Shown here piece by piece: positions 9,461-19,664 of a stretch of 64,000 nt of DNA (positions within the stretch are counted from its first letter, which is position 1; the number at the start of each line of letters is the position of its first letter). The DNA lies in NCBI GenBank assembly GCA_963713045.1, contig CAVQKE010000003.1, positions 416,001 through 480,000 on the forward strand, written 5' to 3'. The stretch is from an uncultured delta proteobacterium (lineage in GTDB: Bacteria; Myxococcota; Myxococcia; Myxococcales; Myxococcaceae). Position numbers and translations under genes: made by a program. A model generated the notes under the pieces. That model saw nothing but the letters and a program-made list of their open reading frames with translations, did no database searches and had not been told where the DNA came from.

Positions 9461-11116
9461 CTACATCAGCAGCCGGGCGATGTCGTTTTTGAAGACGGCC
9501 AGCATCAGCAGCACCAGCACCGCCAGCCCGAAAATGTTGGCAATCTCTCGCGCACGCATCGGAATGGGCCGCCGGCGCACCCATTCCCAAGCCGCCGAAA
9601 GAAGCCCAAAACCGTCCAGCACTGGGATGGGAAGCAGATTGAGGAGCCCGAGGTTGACTGAGATGAGCGCCATGGTGGAGAGAAAAACCCCCAGGCCAAG
9701 CTGTGCGCTTTGAGAGGCGATGCCGTACAGCATGATGGGGCCGCCCAGCATGGAGAAGGGCACGCGGCCGGTGATGAGCATCACCAGATTGCCTCCCACG
9801 CTGGCGATGGTGTCCCCCAGCTTGCGTGCCGCCGCCACCAGCGCCGCCCCCGGGCCCAGCTGGGCAACGTCAAACACCACGCGCTCGTCGCTGGAGAGGT
9901 CGAAGGCAGGGCGAATCCCGAGGTCGAAACCCTTGCCGGCTGGGTCCTTGGGGTCGACCGGCCTCTGCTGAATCTGCGCCGACCGTTCCTGGCCCTGGTG
10001 CAGCCAAATCAGCTGAAAGGGCGTCGCGCCCAAGGACTCAAGCTTGGCTTGAACCCGCAGAATGGACTGCACCGTCTGTCCATCCAGACTGACCAGGCGG
10101 TCGCCGGCGGTGAGACCCGCGGCTTCTGCAGCGCTTCCGGGCAGGACCCGGCCGACGTAGAGGTCCGGCAACTCGATGCCCAGGACGCCTAGGCCCTGGC
10201 CCGTCTGTCGCGGCACCTCCGCGGTGACGCGCTCGGGAACGACGGCCTCGACGGCTGGAAGGTCCGCTGGAAGGCGCCGCAGGGCCTCGATGTGGAGGAC
10301 CCCAGCGGGGTCGGCGTCCAGCCGACGCACCAGCGAAACCATGTCCTGCACCGGTTCACCATCCACCGAGACGATTCGGTCGTAGGTGCGAAGTCCGGCC
10401 CGTTCCGCGGCGCTTCCCGCGGGCACGCCCACCACGGGCATGCGGGGGACCGGGGCAACGCCCAACTTCCCCCACGACTTCTTCTTCTCTTGGCCGTCGT
10501 CGCTTTGCGCAGGGACGAGCCGCAACTGCAAGGAGCGTCCGTCGCGCTCAAGGCCGAGCGTCACTTGCTTACCGCCCTTGCCTTCCATCGCCCGGCGCAG
10601 CTGGTCAAACGTCCGCACCGGGCTGCCGTCGACCGAGGTGATGAGGTCCCCGACGCGGACGCCGGCCTCGGCCGCTGGCATTCCAGGCTCGAGCAGCATC
10701 ACCCGGGAAGAGGTCCTCAGCGGGTAGTGGGTGGTGACGTCGATGGCCTGCGGGAAACCGAGGAAAAGGATGAAGTACAGAAGCAGGGGAAAGCCGAGGC
10801 TGGCCACCGGCCCTGCGCCGACGATGAGGGCCCGCTTCCACGGGGCCTGCGCCAGGAAGCCCCGCGCCTCGTCCTCCGGGCCGCCGCCTTCCTCCCCCAT
10901 GTCGCCGGCCATCTTCACGTAGCCGCCGAGCGGAATCCACGCCACTTGGTACTCGGTCTCGCCGCGGGTGAAGGCAAAAATGCGCGGGCCAAATCCAATG
11001 GAAAAGCGCGTCACCTTCACATTCAGCGCTTTGGCGGCAAGGAAGTGTCCTAACTCATGCACGAAGATGAGAACGCTGAGCAGGACGATGAAGTAGATGG
11101 GATTCTGCAGAACCAT
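9461..11116 (-). CDS. rseP: RIP metalloprotease RseP with multiple PDZ domains
   Basis: VHELGHF, FSIGFGP, PLGGYVKM, three PDZ-like repeats, NLLPIPVLDG; canonical position after cdsA. Confidence 0.93.
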   Translation of the reverse strand: MVLQNPIYFIVLLSVLIFVHELGHFLAAKALNVKVTRFSIGFGPRIFAFTRGETEYQVAWIPLGGYVKMAGDMGEEGGGPEDEARGFLAQAPWKRALIVGAGPVASLGFPLLLYFILFLGFPQAIDVTTHYPLRTSSRVMLLEPGMPAAEAGVRVGDLITSVDGSPVRTFDQLRRAMEGKGGKQVTLGLERDGRSLQLRLVPAQSDDGQEKKKSWGKLGVAPVPRMPVVGVPAGSAAERAGLRTYDRIVSVDGEPVQDMVSLVRRLDADPAGVLHIEALRRLPADLPAVEAVVPERVTAEVPRQTGQGLGVLGIELPDLYVGRVLPGSAAEAAGLTAGDRLVSLDGQTVQSILRVQAKLESLGATPFQLIWLHQGQERSAQIQQRPVDPKDPAGKGFDLGIRPAFDLSSDERVVFDVAQLGPGAALVAAARKLGDTIASVGGNLVMLITGRVPFSMLGGPIMLYGIASQSAQLGLGVFLSTMALISVNLGLLNLLPIPVLDGFGLLSAAWEWVRRRPIPMRAREIANIFGLAVLVLLMLAVFKNDIARLLM

Positions 11117-11161
11117 GTCCGGCCACAGTAACCGCGGCAGGGCCCTGGAACAACGGGCGCG

Positions 11162-11986
11162 CTAGGCCATTCCGCTGCGAAACACCATCACGTACACATA
11201 CACCACCGGCGCATTGAAGAGCAGCGCGTCAACCCGGTCCAGGATGCCTCCGTGGCCGGGGATGAGGAAGCCGGAGTCCTTCGCCCCGTAGGCCCGCTTC
11301 AGCATGGACTCGCACAAGTCCCCCAGCGGCCCGAACAATCCGCCGGCGACCCCAAGCACGACACAGTCCACCGGCGTCAGCACCGGGAAAACGAGGCGGG
11401 TGACGAATAGGCCCCCAATCGAGCCGAGGAAGCCTCCGGCCAACCCCTCCCAGGTCTTGTTGGGGCTCACCGCTGGGAAAAGCTTGTGCCGCCCGAAGGC
11501 CCGGCCGGCGAAGTAGGCCAGGGTGTCATTGGCCCAAGTGATGACCAGCGCAGCGATGACCCACGCCAGGCCGTTGGGGCCCACCCGCAGCGCCGCCACC
11601 GGGGCGAGACCGAGGCCTGCGTACAGGCAGCCGGCAACGGCATGCGCACTGCGCGTCGGCGCCTCTGCCCGAGGCCCGCGAAAGAGGTAGTCAATCCAGG
11701 CCACGTAGAAGACCAGTGCCAGTACCCAGAAGGCTGGAGCGGCGAACCCACGCGGCGAGGCCGTCGCCAGCAGCGGCAGGCTGGCGGCGCCCAAGACGCT
11801 GACCAGCTGAGAGAACCCCAGGCCGCCCGAGGTGAGTTGCGCATATTCGAGGGCGCAGGCGCCGGCCGCCACGGCCACCAGGCCTCCGGCCAGCCAGCCG
11901 CCAGAAAGCAGCAGCAGCACCACCGCCGGCAGGAGAGTCAGCGCCGTCACCACCCGGACCAGCAAGTTTCGGTTGGCGCCGTTCAC
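11162..11986 (-). CDS. cdsA: Phosphatidate cytidylyltransferase
   Basis: [47 protein letters not shown] at 11986 overlaps the uppS stop. Confidence 0.95.
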   Translation of the reverse strand: MNGANRNLLVRVVTALTLLPAVVLLLLSGGWLAGGLVAVAAGACALEYAQLTSGGLGFSQLVSVLGAASLPLLATASPRGFAAPAFWVLALVFYVAWIDYLFRGPRAEAPTRSAHAVAGCLYAGLGLAPVAALRVGPNGLAWVIAALVITWANDTLAYFAGRAFGRHKLFPAVSPNKTWEGLAGGFLGSIGGLFVTRLVFPVLTPVDCVVLGVAGGLFGPLGDLCESMLKRAYGAKDSGFLIPGHGGILDRVDALLFNAPVVYVYVMVFRSGMA

Positions 11987-12748
11987 TTGGGGAGCTGAGC
12001 GGACGTCAGACCAAAGCGCCGCTCTCGATGTTGGTACTCCGCGAGGCAGGCCAAAAAGTGGTGCGCTCGAAATTCCGGCCACAGCGTGTCGGTGAAAATG
12101 AATTCCGCGTAGGCCGATTGCCAGAGGAGAAAGTTACTCACCCGGTGCTCTCCACTGGTGCGGATGACGAGAATCGACCGGCGACAGCGGCGCCGTCCAA
12201 AGGGAAGCGGCGAAGCTGTCCGGGGTGAGGGGCCGGTCCAGCAGCGTCCCGGCGCGCGCGGAAGCCACCAACCGGTTGGCCGCCGCCACAATCTCCTCCT
12301 GCCCGCCATAGGACAGCGCCAGCGTGAGCACCATCGCCTGGTTCTCGGCGGACTCCGCCCGAAGGGCCTCGAGCGGGTTACGGACCATTCGCGGCAAACG
12401 GTCGAGCTCACCCACGGCATTCAGCCGGATGCCGTTGTCGAGAATCTCCTTGCGCTCCTTCTCCAAATACTCGCGCAGCAAGTCCATCAGCCCTGCCACT
12501 TCCTCCATCGGCCGCGACCAGTTCTGCGAGGAGAAGGCGTAAAGCGTCAGCGCCGCCACGCCGATGCGGCGGGCGGCGCGCGTCACTTCGCGCACGCTGT
12601 TGCTGCCTTCCCGGTGGCCTTCGAGGCGGGGGAGGCCGCGCTCCTCAGCCCATCGTCCGTTGCCGTCCATGATGATGCCCACGTGGCCGGGAAGAGGCCG
12701 CTCCTTCACCTGCGCCTCCAGGGCGGCGAGCGACGGAATGGTGGCCAT
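11983..12748 (-). CDS. uppS: Undecaprenyl diphosphate synthase, split by one extra base near 12172-12173
   Basis: [24 protein letters not shown] and SYGG in one frame; [23 protein letters not shown]...RERRFG in the next; removing one base from GAT-T-CTC restores [11 protein letters not shown]. Confidence 0.93.
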
Positions 12749-12965
12749 GGCAGCGGCGCACCATAGGGGCGCCCGCAGCTTCCGTCCACGCTTGCCCACC
12801 AGCTGTCGGGGTTCGTTCTGACCACGCCAGGGCCCCTCAAAAGCAAGCGCTACGCCAGCCCCGCAGCCTCGCGCGTGGTGGCCGAAGTGCGGCCGGTGGA
12901 CCGCGTACCCGGCGCCCAACAACCACGTCTTCGGCTATGGTGCCGCGCCCACAGCCCTCCGGAGG

Positions 12966-14273
12966 TTGCATCTCGTGTCGCTTACCCGTCTGCCGTTGGT
13001 GCTGGCCCTGTTCACGGCCGGCTCCGCGCTGGCCGAGCCCGCCCGCCCCATCGTCCTTCACGCGGCGCGGCTTTTCGTCGGCACCTCGGATGAAATGGTG
13101 TCGGGCGGGGTCGCCATTCTGGTTGAGGGCGGCGTCATCCGGGCCGTCGGGCAGTCGGTGTCCACGCCCTCAGGAGCCGAGGTGATTGAGTTGGGCGACG
13201 TCACCCTGCTTCCCGGCTTCATGGACGCCCACACGCACCTGTCCTTCGAGAGCTCCGACAACTATTACAAGGACCAGGTCGAAGGCCTCCTACGCCATCC
13301 CGCCGAACAGGCGCACTTCGCCGCCAGCTATGCGCGGCGCACCCTGGAAGCCGGCTTCACCACCGTCCGGGACCTCGGTTCGAGCGACTTCATCGACGTC
13401 GGGCTGCGCAATGCCATCAACAAGGGCCTGGTGGTCGGCCCGAGGATGCTGGTCGCGGTCCACGGCATTGGTGCCACCGGGGGCCACGCCGATGGCGACC
13501 CCTACCCGACGGACCGAGTCATTCCCCCGGGAATCCCCGAGGGCATCTGCAATGGCGCAGACGAATGCCGTGCCGCAGTGCGCTACCAGGCCAAGGCCGG
13601 AGCAGACATCATCAAGGTGATGGCTTCAGGCGGGGTGCTTTCGCTCGCCGACTCGGTGGATGCGCCCCAACTCACCCTGGAGGAGCTGACGGCGGTGGTG
13701 GACGAGGCGCACCGCCTCGGAAAAAAGGTCGCCGCCCATTGCCATGGCGACATCGCTGGAAAGACAGCCATCGCAGCCGGAGTCGACTCCCTTGAGCACG
13801 GCAGCTTCCTCAAACCGGATACGCTCGCGCAGATGAAGGCGCGCGGGGTGTACCTCGTCCCAACCCTCATGGCCGGGGAATGGACCGGCGTTAAGACCGA
13901 CAAGTTCCCGCCAGCCATTGCCGAGAAGGCGCGGGCTGCGCTGCAAGCACGCTCTCAGATGTTTCGGGACGCTCTCAAAGCCGGCGTCCGCATCGGCTTG
14001 GGCACGGACTCCGCGGTCAGTCCCCACGGCCTCAACGCACGCGAATTCGGGCTGATGGTTTCTCTCGGGATGACTCCGGCAGCGGCGCTGCGGGCAGCCA
14101 CCAGCGTCGACGCAACACTGCTTGGCGTTTCGGCAAAGCTCGGAACGCTGGAGGTCGGCAAAATCGCCGACGTCGTCGCGGTCCCAGGCAACCCGCTCAC
14201 CGACATCCGGGTCACCGAGCGCGTGCTCTTCGTGATGAAGGACGGCGTGGTGGTGAAGCGCCCCCCCTATTGA
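12966..14273 (+). CDS. Secreted metal-dependent amidohydrolase (Xaa-Pro dipeptidase-like)
   Basis: Signal peptide; LLPGFMDAHTH, GFTTVRDLG, IKVMASGG, AAHCHG, SLEHG, GTDS, ADVVAV. Confidence 0.9.
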   Translation: MHLVSLTRLPLVLALFTAGSALAEPARPIVLHAARLFVGTSDEMVSGGVAILVEGGVIRAVGQSVSTPSGAEVIELGDVTLLPGFMDAHTHLSFESSDNYYKDQVEGLLRHPAEQAHFAASYARRTLEAGFTTVRDLGSSDFIDVGLRNAINKGLVVGPRMLVAVHGIGATGGHADGDPYPTDRVIPPGIPEGICNGADECRAAVRYQAKAGADIIKVMASGGVLSLADSVDAPQLTLEELTAVVDEAHRLGKKVAAHCHGDIAGKTAIAAGVDSLEHGSFLKPDTLAQMKARGVYLVPTLMAGEWTGVKTDKFPPAIAEKARAALQARSQMFRDALKAGVRIGLGTDSAVSPHGLNAREFGLMVSLGMTPAAALRAATSVDATLLGVSAKLGTLEVGKIADVVAVPGNPLTDIRVTERVLFVMKDGVVVKRPPY

Positions 14274-15004
14274 TGGCCCGCGGGCGCGGGCTCTTCCCAC
14301 AGAGCGATGCCCCCCAAAAGCCCGGCGTTGTTGGAAACAATCTTCACGTGCGGTGGAAGCTCGACATTAATGTGCTTGGCGTTTCCTCCGCCCAGGTAAA
14401 GAAAGCGCGGGTTGAAAATGGGTTCGACCTGCGCCACCACCTTGGCCACGCGCCGGTTCCACTTCCTCTTACCCACCCGTTCCAGCGCGCCCTTGCCGAT
14501 GTACTCCTCATACGTCTTGTCGCCTTTGAAGGGGTGGTGGGCGAGTTCAATGTTGGGCACGTAGCGCCCGTCAACGAAGAGCGCACACCCCATGCCCGTC
14601 CCAAACGTCAGTGCCATCTCCACGCCCTTGCCACGGACCACGCCATAGCCCTGCACGCCGGCGTCGTTGATGACCCGGGTCGGCCGGCGGAGCAGCCGGG
14701 TGAGCGCCCGCGCCAGCGGGAAGTCCACCCACTTGGGGTGCAGGTTGTGCGCAGTGTGGGTAATGCCGTCCAGGCATACCCCGGGGAAGCCGACCGACAC
14801 GCGCTCGAAGGCTCCCAGCGGAGTCACCAGCTTTTCGAGCGCTCGTAAGACTGCGTGGGGCGTGGCGGGCCGGGGGGTCTCCACCCGTGCCCGGTCGGTG
14901 AGCGGCTTGCCCGCTGAGTCGACAATCAGCGCCTTCAAGCCGGTTCCTCCAATGTCGATGCACAGCGTCCGGGGCACTGCCACGTCCGTGGCGGGAGGGT
15001 CCAT
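14267..15004 (-). CDS. ROK-family sugar kinase (polyphosphate glucokinase-like)
   Basis: CIDIGGTGLK, VGFPG, INDA, LTFGTGMG, NIELAH, YLGGGN, NNAGLLGG; only the 3' part of the 874-aa track ORF looks real. Confidence 0.85.
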   Translation of the reverse strand: MDPPATDVAVPRTLCIDIGGTGLKALIVDSAGKPLTDRARVETPRPATPHAVLRALEKLVTPLGAFERVSVGFPGVCLDGITHTAHNLHPKWVDFPLARALTRLLRRPTRVINDAGVQGYGVVRGKGVEMALTFGTGMGCALFVDGRYVPNIELAHHPFKGDKTYEEYIGKGALERVGKRKWNRRVAKVVAQVEPIFNPRFLYLGGGNAKHINVELPPHVKIVSNNAGLLGGIALWEEPAPAGHQ

Positions 15005-15118
15005 GGGGGAGATCCTCGGCATGGTCCGCCCCAGAGAGGCAAGCACTTCCGCTGAACGACGCCCAGTTTGACCCCCCTGCCAGCGACTCCCTAGGCTTAC
15101 GACTTTCCTCCTTTCTGC

Positions 15119-16228
15119 ATGCCGCCCAAAGTCATCGGCCCATACCGAGTCTTGGAGACGCTCGGCAGTGGCGGCGCGGGGACCGTCTACCGCGCCCTCG
15201 ACCGCCGCACCGGCGAGCCGGTCGCCTTGAAGCTTCTTTCCACCGGACCGGCCCTGGACCCTCGCGCCGCCCGCCGGCTGGCGCGCGAATTCGAGACGCT
15301 GTCCGAGCTTTCGCACCCCAACGTGGTGAAGGTTTTCGATACCGGCGTCCACCACGGCTACCCCTACCTGGCGATGGAACTGGTGGATGGACTCACGCTG
15401 CGCAACTACCTCGACCTCGAGGCTCCGAACCCCAAGCGCTCCCCCACTCCCCGGCCTCCGCCTCCCACCGTCCCGTGGCAGGACAGCGACACCGGCGAGT
15501 GGAGCGGGCCGCGCACCTTCACCCTGTCGCAGCTGGGCGAGGAGCCACCGAGCGACGATGCCGCCTTCGGCACTGGGCCGGACAGTCTGCGGGCGCTGGC
15601 CGACGCGGTGGAGGAACCGGACACCAATGAGTCGCGCGACGTTTCCTTGCCCTACGAAATCGAACCGGCCCGCGAGCTTCCCACCTTGCCGGCCGTTCCA
15701 GAGGTGGACACTGCCTTTCTCAACCGTCCGGACCGCACCGCGCGCCTTCGCGACGCAATGCTCCAGCTGTGCGATGCCCTCAGCTACATCCACGGCCACG
15801 GCCTCATTCACCGTGACCTCAAGCCAAGCAACGTGATGGTCGACGGGGACAAGGTCGTCCGGCTGATGGACTTCGGGCTGGCCAAATTCCTCGCTGAGGA
15901 CGGAGCGGTGACCGCCGGTGGACGGCTGGTGGGGACCTTTCGCTACATGTCGCCGGAGCAGATTCTCGGGGAGTCGGTGGACCCGCGCGCGGACCTCTAC
16001 AGCTTGGGCGTCATCCTCTATGAGTTGCTGACCGGCCGGCCGCCCTTCGACGCACGGACCCCGCCGGAGCTGTGGCAGAAGGTGCTCGAGACCGAGGCGC
16101 CAGTGGTGACGGCGCTGAACCCGGGGAGTGAACCGCTCCTCGCCCGCATCGCCCAGCGGCTCATTCGCAAGGAGCCCGATGAGCGCTTCCAGACGGCCGA
16201 GGAGGTTCACGAGGCGCTCTTCGAATGA
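15119..16228 (+). CDS. Hanks-type Ser/Thr protein kinase, cytoplasmic, with a large internal insert
   Basis: [36 protein letters not shown]; no transmembrane segment. Confidence 0.95.
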   Translation: MPPKVIGPYRVLETLGSGGAGTVYRALDRRTGEPVALKLLSTGPALDPRAARRLAREFETLSELSHPNVVKVFDTGVHHGYPYLAMELVDGLTLRNYLDLEAPNPKRSPTPRPPPPTVPWQDSDTGEWSGPRTFTLSQLGEEPPSDDAAFGTGPDSLRALADAVEEPDTNESRDVSLPYEIEPARELPTLPAVPEVDTAFLNRPDRTARLRDAMLQLCDALSYIHGHGLIHRDLKPSNVMVDGDKVVRLMDFGLAKFLAEDGAVTAGGRLVGTFRYMSPEQILGESVDPRADLYSLGVILYELLTGRPPFDARTPPELWQKVLETEAPVVTALNPGSEPLLARIAQRLIRKEPDERFQTAEEVHEALFE

Positions 16229-17157
16229 TGCGGACGGTGCAGCTGCCAGTGGACGCGGCAGGGCGTCGACTCGACGTCGTCGTGGGTGAGGTCCTCGGAC
16301 TTTCCCGGGCCCGGGTGAAGTCTCTCTTCGAGGCCGGCGCGGTGCGCGTCGACGGACGGCGCCCCCACAAAGGTGACCGAGCAACCGGCGGGTCGCGGGT
16401 CGAGGTGGAGCTCGGCGAGGAAGTCTTGGCCCTGGTCCCGGAGCCAGGGCTCGAGCTCCGGCTGCTCTACCAGGACGCCTGGCTGGTCGCCGTGGACAAG
16501 GCCGCCGGAATGCCCTCGCACCCGCTGAAGGCCGGGGAGACTGGGACTGTGGCCAATGCGCTGGTCGCTCGGTTTCCGGAGGTCGCCGCCGCCGGCGAGG
16601 ACATCCGCGAAGCAGGCCTCGTTCACCGGCTGGACATTGAGACTTCCGGGGTGCTGCTTGCGGCACGCGACCGGCTGACATGGGCGGCGATGCGAACGCT
16701 TTTCCAGGAGCGCTCCGTGGACAAGCGTTATTGGGCTCTCGTTTCCGGCCCCGTTGAAGAGGTCGGCGCCATCGACTTGCCCTTGCGCCACAAGGGGGAG
16801 ACCCGAGTCGAGCCGGCGGTGGACGGGGGAGAAGCAGGGCGCGAGGCGCTGAGCGACTTCCGCGTCCTTGGGCGCTCCGGGGACCTCGCACTGGTGGAAG
16901 TCCACATCCTCACCGGCGTGCTGCACCAAGTCCGCGCCCACCTGGCCGCCATCGGTGCCCCGGTGGTGGGGGATGTGCTGTACGGCGGCCGTCCCTTCTC
17001 AGGCCTGCCTCGCTTCTTCCTGCATGCCCGCTCCGTCAGCCTGCAGCACCCGGCGACGGGGGCCGCGCTGCACGTGGAAAGCCCTTTGCCCGAGGAGCTG
17101 CAGCAAGCGCTGGCAGCCGCCAACCTCCAGCCGCCGGAGAGCCGTCGGCCCGCTTAA
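16225..17157 (+). CDS. RluA/RluD-family pseudouridine synthase
   Basis: S4-like N-terminus, [16 protein letters not shown] catalytic motif, [19 protein letters not shown]. Confidence 0.93.
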   Translation: MMRTVQLPVDAAGRRLDVVVGEVLGLSRARVKSLFEAGAVRVDGRRPHKGDRATGGSRVEVELGEEVLALVPEPGLELRLLYQDAWLVAVDKAAGMPSHPLKAGETGTVANALVARFPEVAAAGEDIREAGLVHRLDIETSGVLLAARDRLTWAAMRTLFQERSVDKRYWALVSGPVEEVGAIDLPLRHKGETRVEPAVDGGEAGREALSDFRVLGRSGDLALVEVHILTGVLHQVRAHLAAIGAPVVGDVLYGGRPFSGLPRFFLHARSVSLQHPATGAALHVESPLPEELQQALAAANLQPPESRRPA

Positions 17158-17188
17158 GCGGCCGCCCCGGGCGAAGCCTGGGGGCCCT

Positions 17189-17830
17189 TTAGGGCCGCAC
17201 CGCGAGGATGCCGCGCTGGGCCATCTCGTTGATGACAATCTTCGCAAAGCCCTGCATCTCCTGACCGATGGTCGTGGGGTTGGTGGTCTGGGTGGTCCCT
17301 GACCAAACCATCTCCAGCTTTGCGGCGTCGAAGACGTCGGTTTCCACCGACACCACCGTGGTGGTGGTGGCCATCGGCGGGACGTAGTCATAACTCCAGG
17401 CCGAGCCATAGTAGCCGTAGAATCCGCCGTAGTAGACCGGAGCCGGCGAGCCGTAGATGTACCCCGGGGTGTAGCTCACGTTGGTGTTGGTTCCGAGGAA
17501 GCGCGTGGTGAGCACGCCGTCCGCGCCGGAGGCACGGATGGCGGCCTCGAGCTTCTCGTTGGGCACCTGGCCGTTTTCGGGGATGAGGGTGTAGCTGGAG
17601 ATGGCCGTCACACCCCGCCCCATCAGCTGGTAGGAGAAGGCGTCCTCAAATGTCCGCCGCCTGCCCCCGTCGCGCGTCACGCAGATGACGAGCACCTTGC
17701 GAAAGCCGGTCGGGATGTAGCCCGGCAACTGCCAGGCAGCCACCAGCTGCGTGCTCGGCCCCGTCGCACAGGACGTCAAGGCGCTGCAGAAAAGCGCGGC
17801 AGCCAGGACGGACGAACGCTGAAATCGCAT
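17189..17830 (-). CDS. Putative lipoprotein (DUF4136-like)
   Basis: Lipobox ALTSC after a hydrophobic N-terminus; Tyr/Gly-rich loop; VWSGTTQT motif. Confidence 0.7.
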   Translation of the reverse strand: MRFQRSSVLAAALFCSALTSCATGPSTQLVAAWQLPGYIPTGFRKVLVICVTRDGGRRRTFEDAFSYQLMGRGVTAISSYTLIPENGQVPNEKLEAAIRASGADGVLTTRFLGTNTNVSYTPGYIYGSPAPVYYGGFYGYYGSAWSYDYVPPMATTTTVVSVETDVFDAAKLEMVWSGTTQTTNPTTIGQEMQGFAKIVINEMAQRGILAVRP

Positions 17831-17902
17831 GAAGGGTTCTCCCAAGACGAAAGGTGGTGCGCACCGTAACACCGGCCGAGGCCGGCGCAGCCAGCCCTTT
17901 TT

Positions 17903-18334
17903 CTATTTGGCCACGGCGCCAGTCGTACCGGCATTGGGCTCCGGGGGAAACCGCACTGAGAGGTCCGCGTCCGGCCCAACGCCCCCTTCTTTGCCATCCC
18001 TGCCCAGCGTCCAAATGCGGGCCGAGCCACCGTCACTCTCATAGTGGTAAGGCCGGCCCCAGCCGTCGTCGCCAACATGGGCAACGTACTTGGGAGCCAA
18101 CTTTTCGAGGCCTTCCGTGGTCGAGGGGAAACGCCCCACTTCGATGCGGTACAGCTTCGCCGCGTTGAGAAGGTTTCGCAGCCGGTAGGGCTCGAGTAGC
18201 TCTGGCGGCTGCGCAAGCAGGCGGTACACCACCCAGCAGCTGCCCAAGGCGAGCAGGATGACGGCCGCGGCAAAGAGGCGTGCCTGCGAGGCGCGGCGAT
18301 GTGCGGCCTGTGCGAGCTCCTCGGGTGCGCCCAC
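17903..18334 (-). CDS. Orphan T2SS GspG-domain (pseudopilin-like) protein
   Basis: LYRIEVGRFPSTTEGLEKL...DGWGRPYHY...WTLGRDGKEGGVGPDADL parallels the GspG core of 43966-44379; one TM helix; no G-(F/M)TLxE site. Confidence 0.75.
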   Translation of the reverse strand: MGAPEELAQAAHRRASQARLFAAAVILLALGSCWVVYRLLAQPPELLEPYRLRNLLNAAKLYRIEVGRFPSTTEGLEKLAPKYVAHVGDDGWGRPYHYESDGGSARIWTLGRDGKEGGVGPDADLSVRFPPEPNAGTTGAVAK

Positions 18335-18431
18335 GCGGTGTCACCCCCCAACCCAACCAGTCTCGCTCGCTCGAGGTCCGGAACGCCACCGGGCCTTTTG
18401 GGCAGCCTGCCGCGCTACACTTCTGCGACCC

Positions 18432-19661
18432 ATGGACGCTCCGCGCGCCATCCTCCACCTGGACATGGACGCCTTCTACGCCTCGGTGGAGCAGCGGGAC
18501 GCTCCGGCGCTGCGTGGTCGCCCGGTCATCGTCGGCGGTCACCCGAAGCGAGGAGTGGTGCTGGCTGCCAGCTACGAGGTGCGTCCGCGAGGCGTCCGCA
18601 GCGCGATGCCGATGGCGCGGGCCATCTTGCTTGCTCCGGACGCGGTGGTCGTGCCCCCACGCTTCGCGGCCTACGCCGAGGCAAGTGAGCAGGTGTTCGC
18701 CATTTTTGAACGCTACACGCCCCTCATCGAACCGCTGTCGTTGGACGAGGCGTTTCTCGATGTCAGTGGCTCGCGGACTCTCTTCGGCCGGCCCGGTGCC
18801 ATCGCCGCGCGCATCCGCTCGGAGGTCGCGAGGGAAGTGGGCCTTCCAAGCTCTGCCGGAATTGCCGCCGTGAAATTCGTCGCCAAGGTCGCCAGCGACT
18901 TGGCAAAGCCCAATGGCCAGCGCGAGGTCCCTCTCGCAGAGACGCAAGCCTTCCTCGCGCCGCTGCCGGTGGCCAGGCTGTGGGGTGTCGGGCCCAAGCT
19001 GGAGGCCACGCTGCGCGGGCTTGGCCTACGGACGGTGGGTGATGTTGCACGAGCCGACCGCGAATTGCTCGCCGAGCAACTGGGAGACACCGGCCGCCAC
19101 CTAGCCGCGCTGGCCCGCGGAGAGGATGACCGCGCGGTGGTCCCCGACCGGCAGGCGAAGAGCATCGGCGCCGAGGACACCTTCGCCGAGGACACCGAGT
19201 CGGCCGAGGTGCTCCACCGGGCACTCCATGCCCAGGCGCTCCGCGTCGGCCGTCGCCTGCGACGGGCCGGTCTGAAAGCCCGCACCGTTCAGCTGAAAAT
19301 CAAGCTGTCCGACTTCACGCTTCTCACCCGGCGGCGCACGCTCGAGACGCCCACCGACGACGGCCAGCGACTCTATCGCGAGGCGGCAGAGCTGCTGGCG
19401 CGGCTGGCACCGACGGCGGCGGTCCGCCTCACCGGGGTCTCCGCGCAGGAGTTGGTTGGCCAGCACTCGCAGCTCGGCCTTTTCGGAGAGCCCGAGGAAC
19501 GTTCGGCCCGCCTCAACGCCGCCCTCGACGCCATCGCAGCCCGCTACGGACAGGGCGCGGTGACGCCGGCCGACGTCGCGGACCTCGGGGCGGACACGGA
19601 AGAGGACGAGGCTCGCCGAAGAGCCGGAGGAGCTCGCTTCGACGTCCTCAGCGAGGGTTAG
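18432..19661 (+). CDS. dinB: DNA polymerase IV (Y family)
   Basis: ILHLDMDAFYASVEQ, AASYEVR, SLDEAFLD, AKVASDLAKPNG, LWGVG, clamp-binding-like QLGLF. Confidence 0.95.
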   Translation: MDAPRAILHLDMDAFYASVEQRDAPALRGRPVIVGGHPKRGVVLAASYEVRPRGVRSAMPMARAILLAPDAVVVPPRFAAYAEASEQVFAIFERYTPLIEPLSLDEAFLDVSGSRTLFGRPGAIAARIRSEVAREVGLPSSAGIAAVKFVAKVASDLAKPNGQREVPLAETQAFLAPLPVARLWGVGPKLEATLRGLGLRTVGDVARADRELLAEQLGDTGRHLAALARGEDDRAVVPDRQAKSIGAEDTFAEDTESAEVLHRALHAQALRVGRRLRRAGLKARTVQLKIKLSDFTLLTRRRTLETPTDDGQRLYREAAELLARLAPTAAVRLTGVSAQELVGQHSQLGLFGEPEERSARLNAALDAIAARYGQGAVTPADVADLGADTEEDEARRRAGGARFDVLSEG

Positions 19662-19664
19662 GCT

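Noticed and set aside
14267..16891. 874-aa minus-strand ORF
   Set aside because: Only the last ~245 aa (ROK kinase) look real; the rest is the antisense shadow of the kinase and RluA genes.
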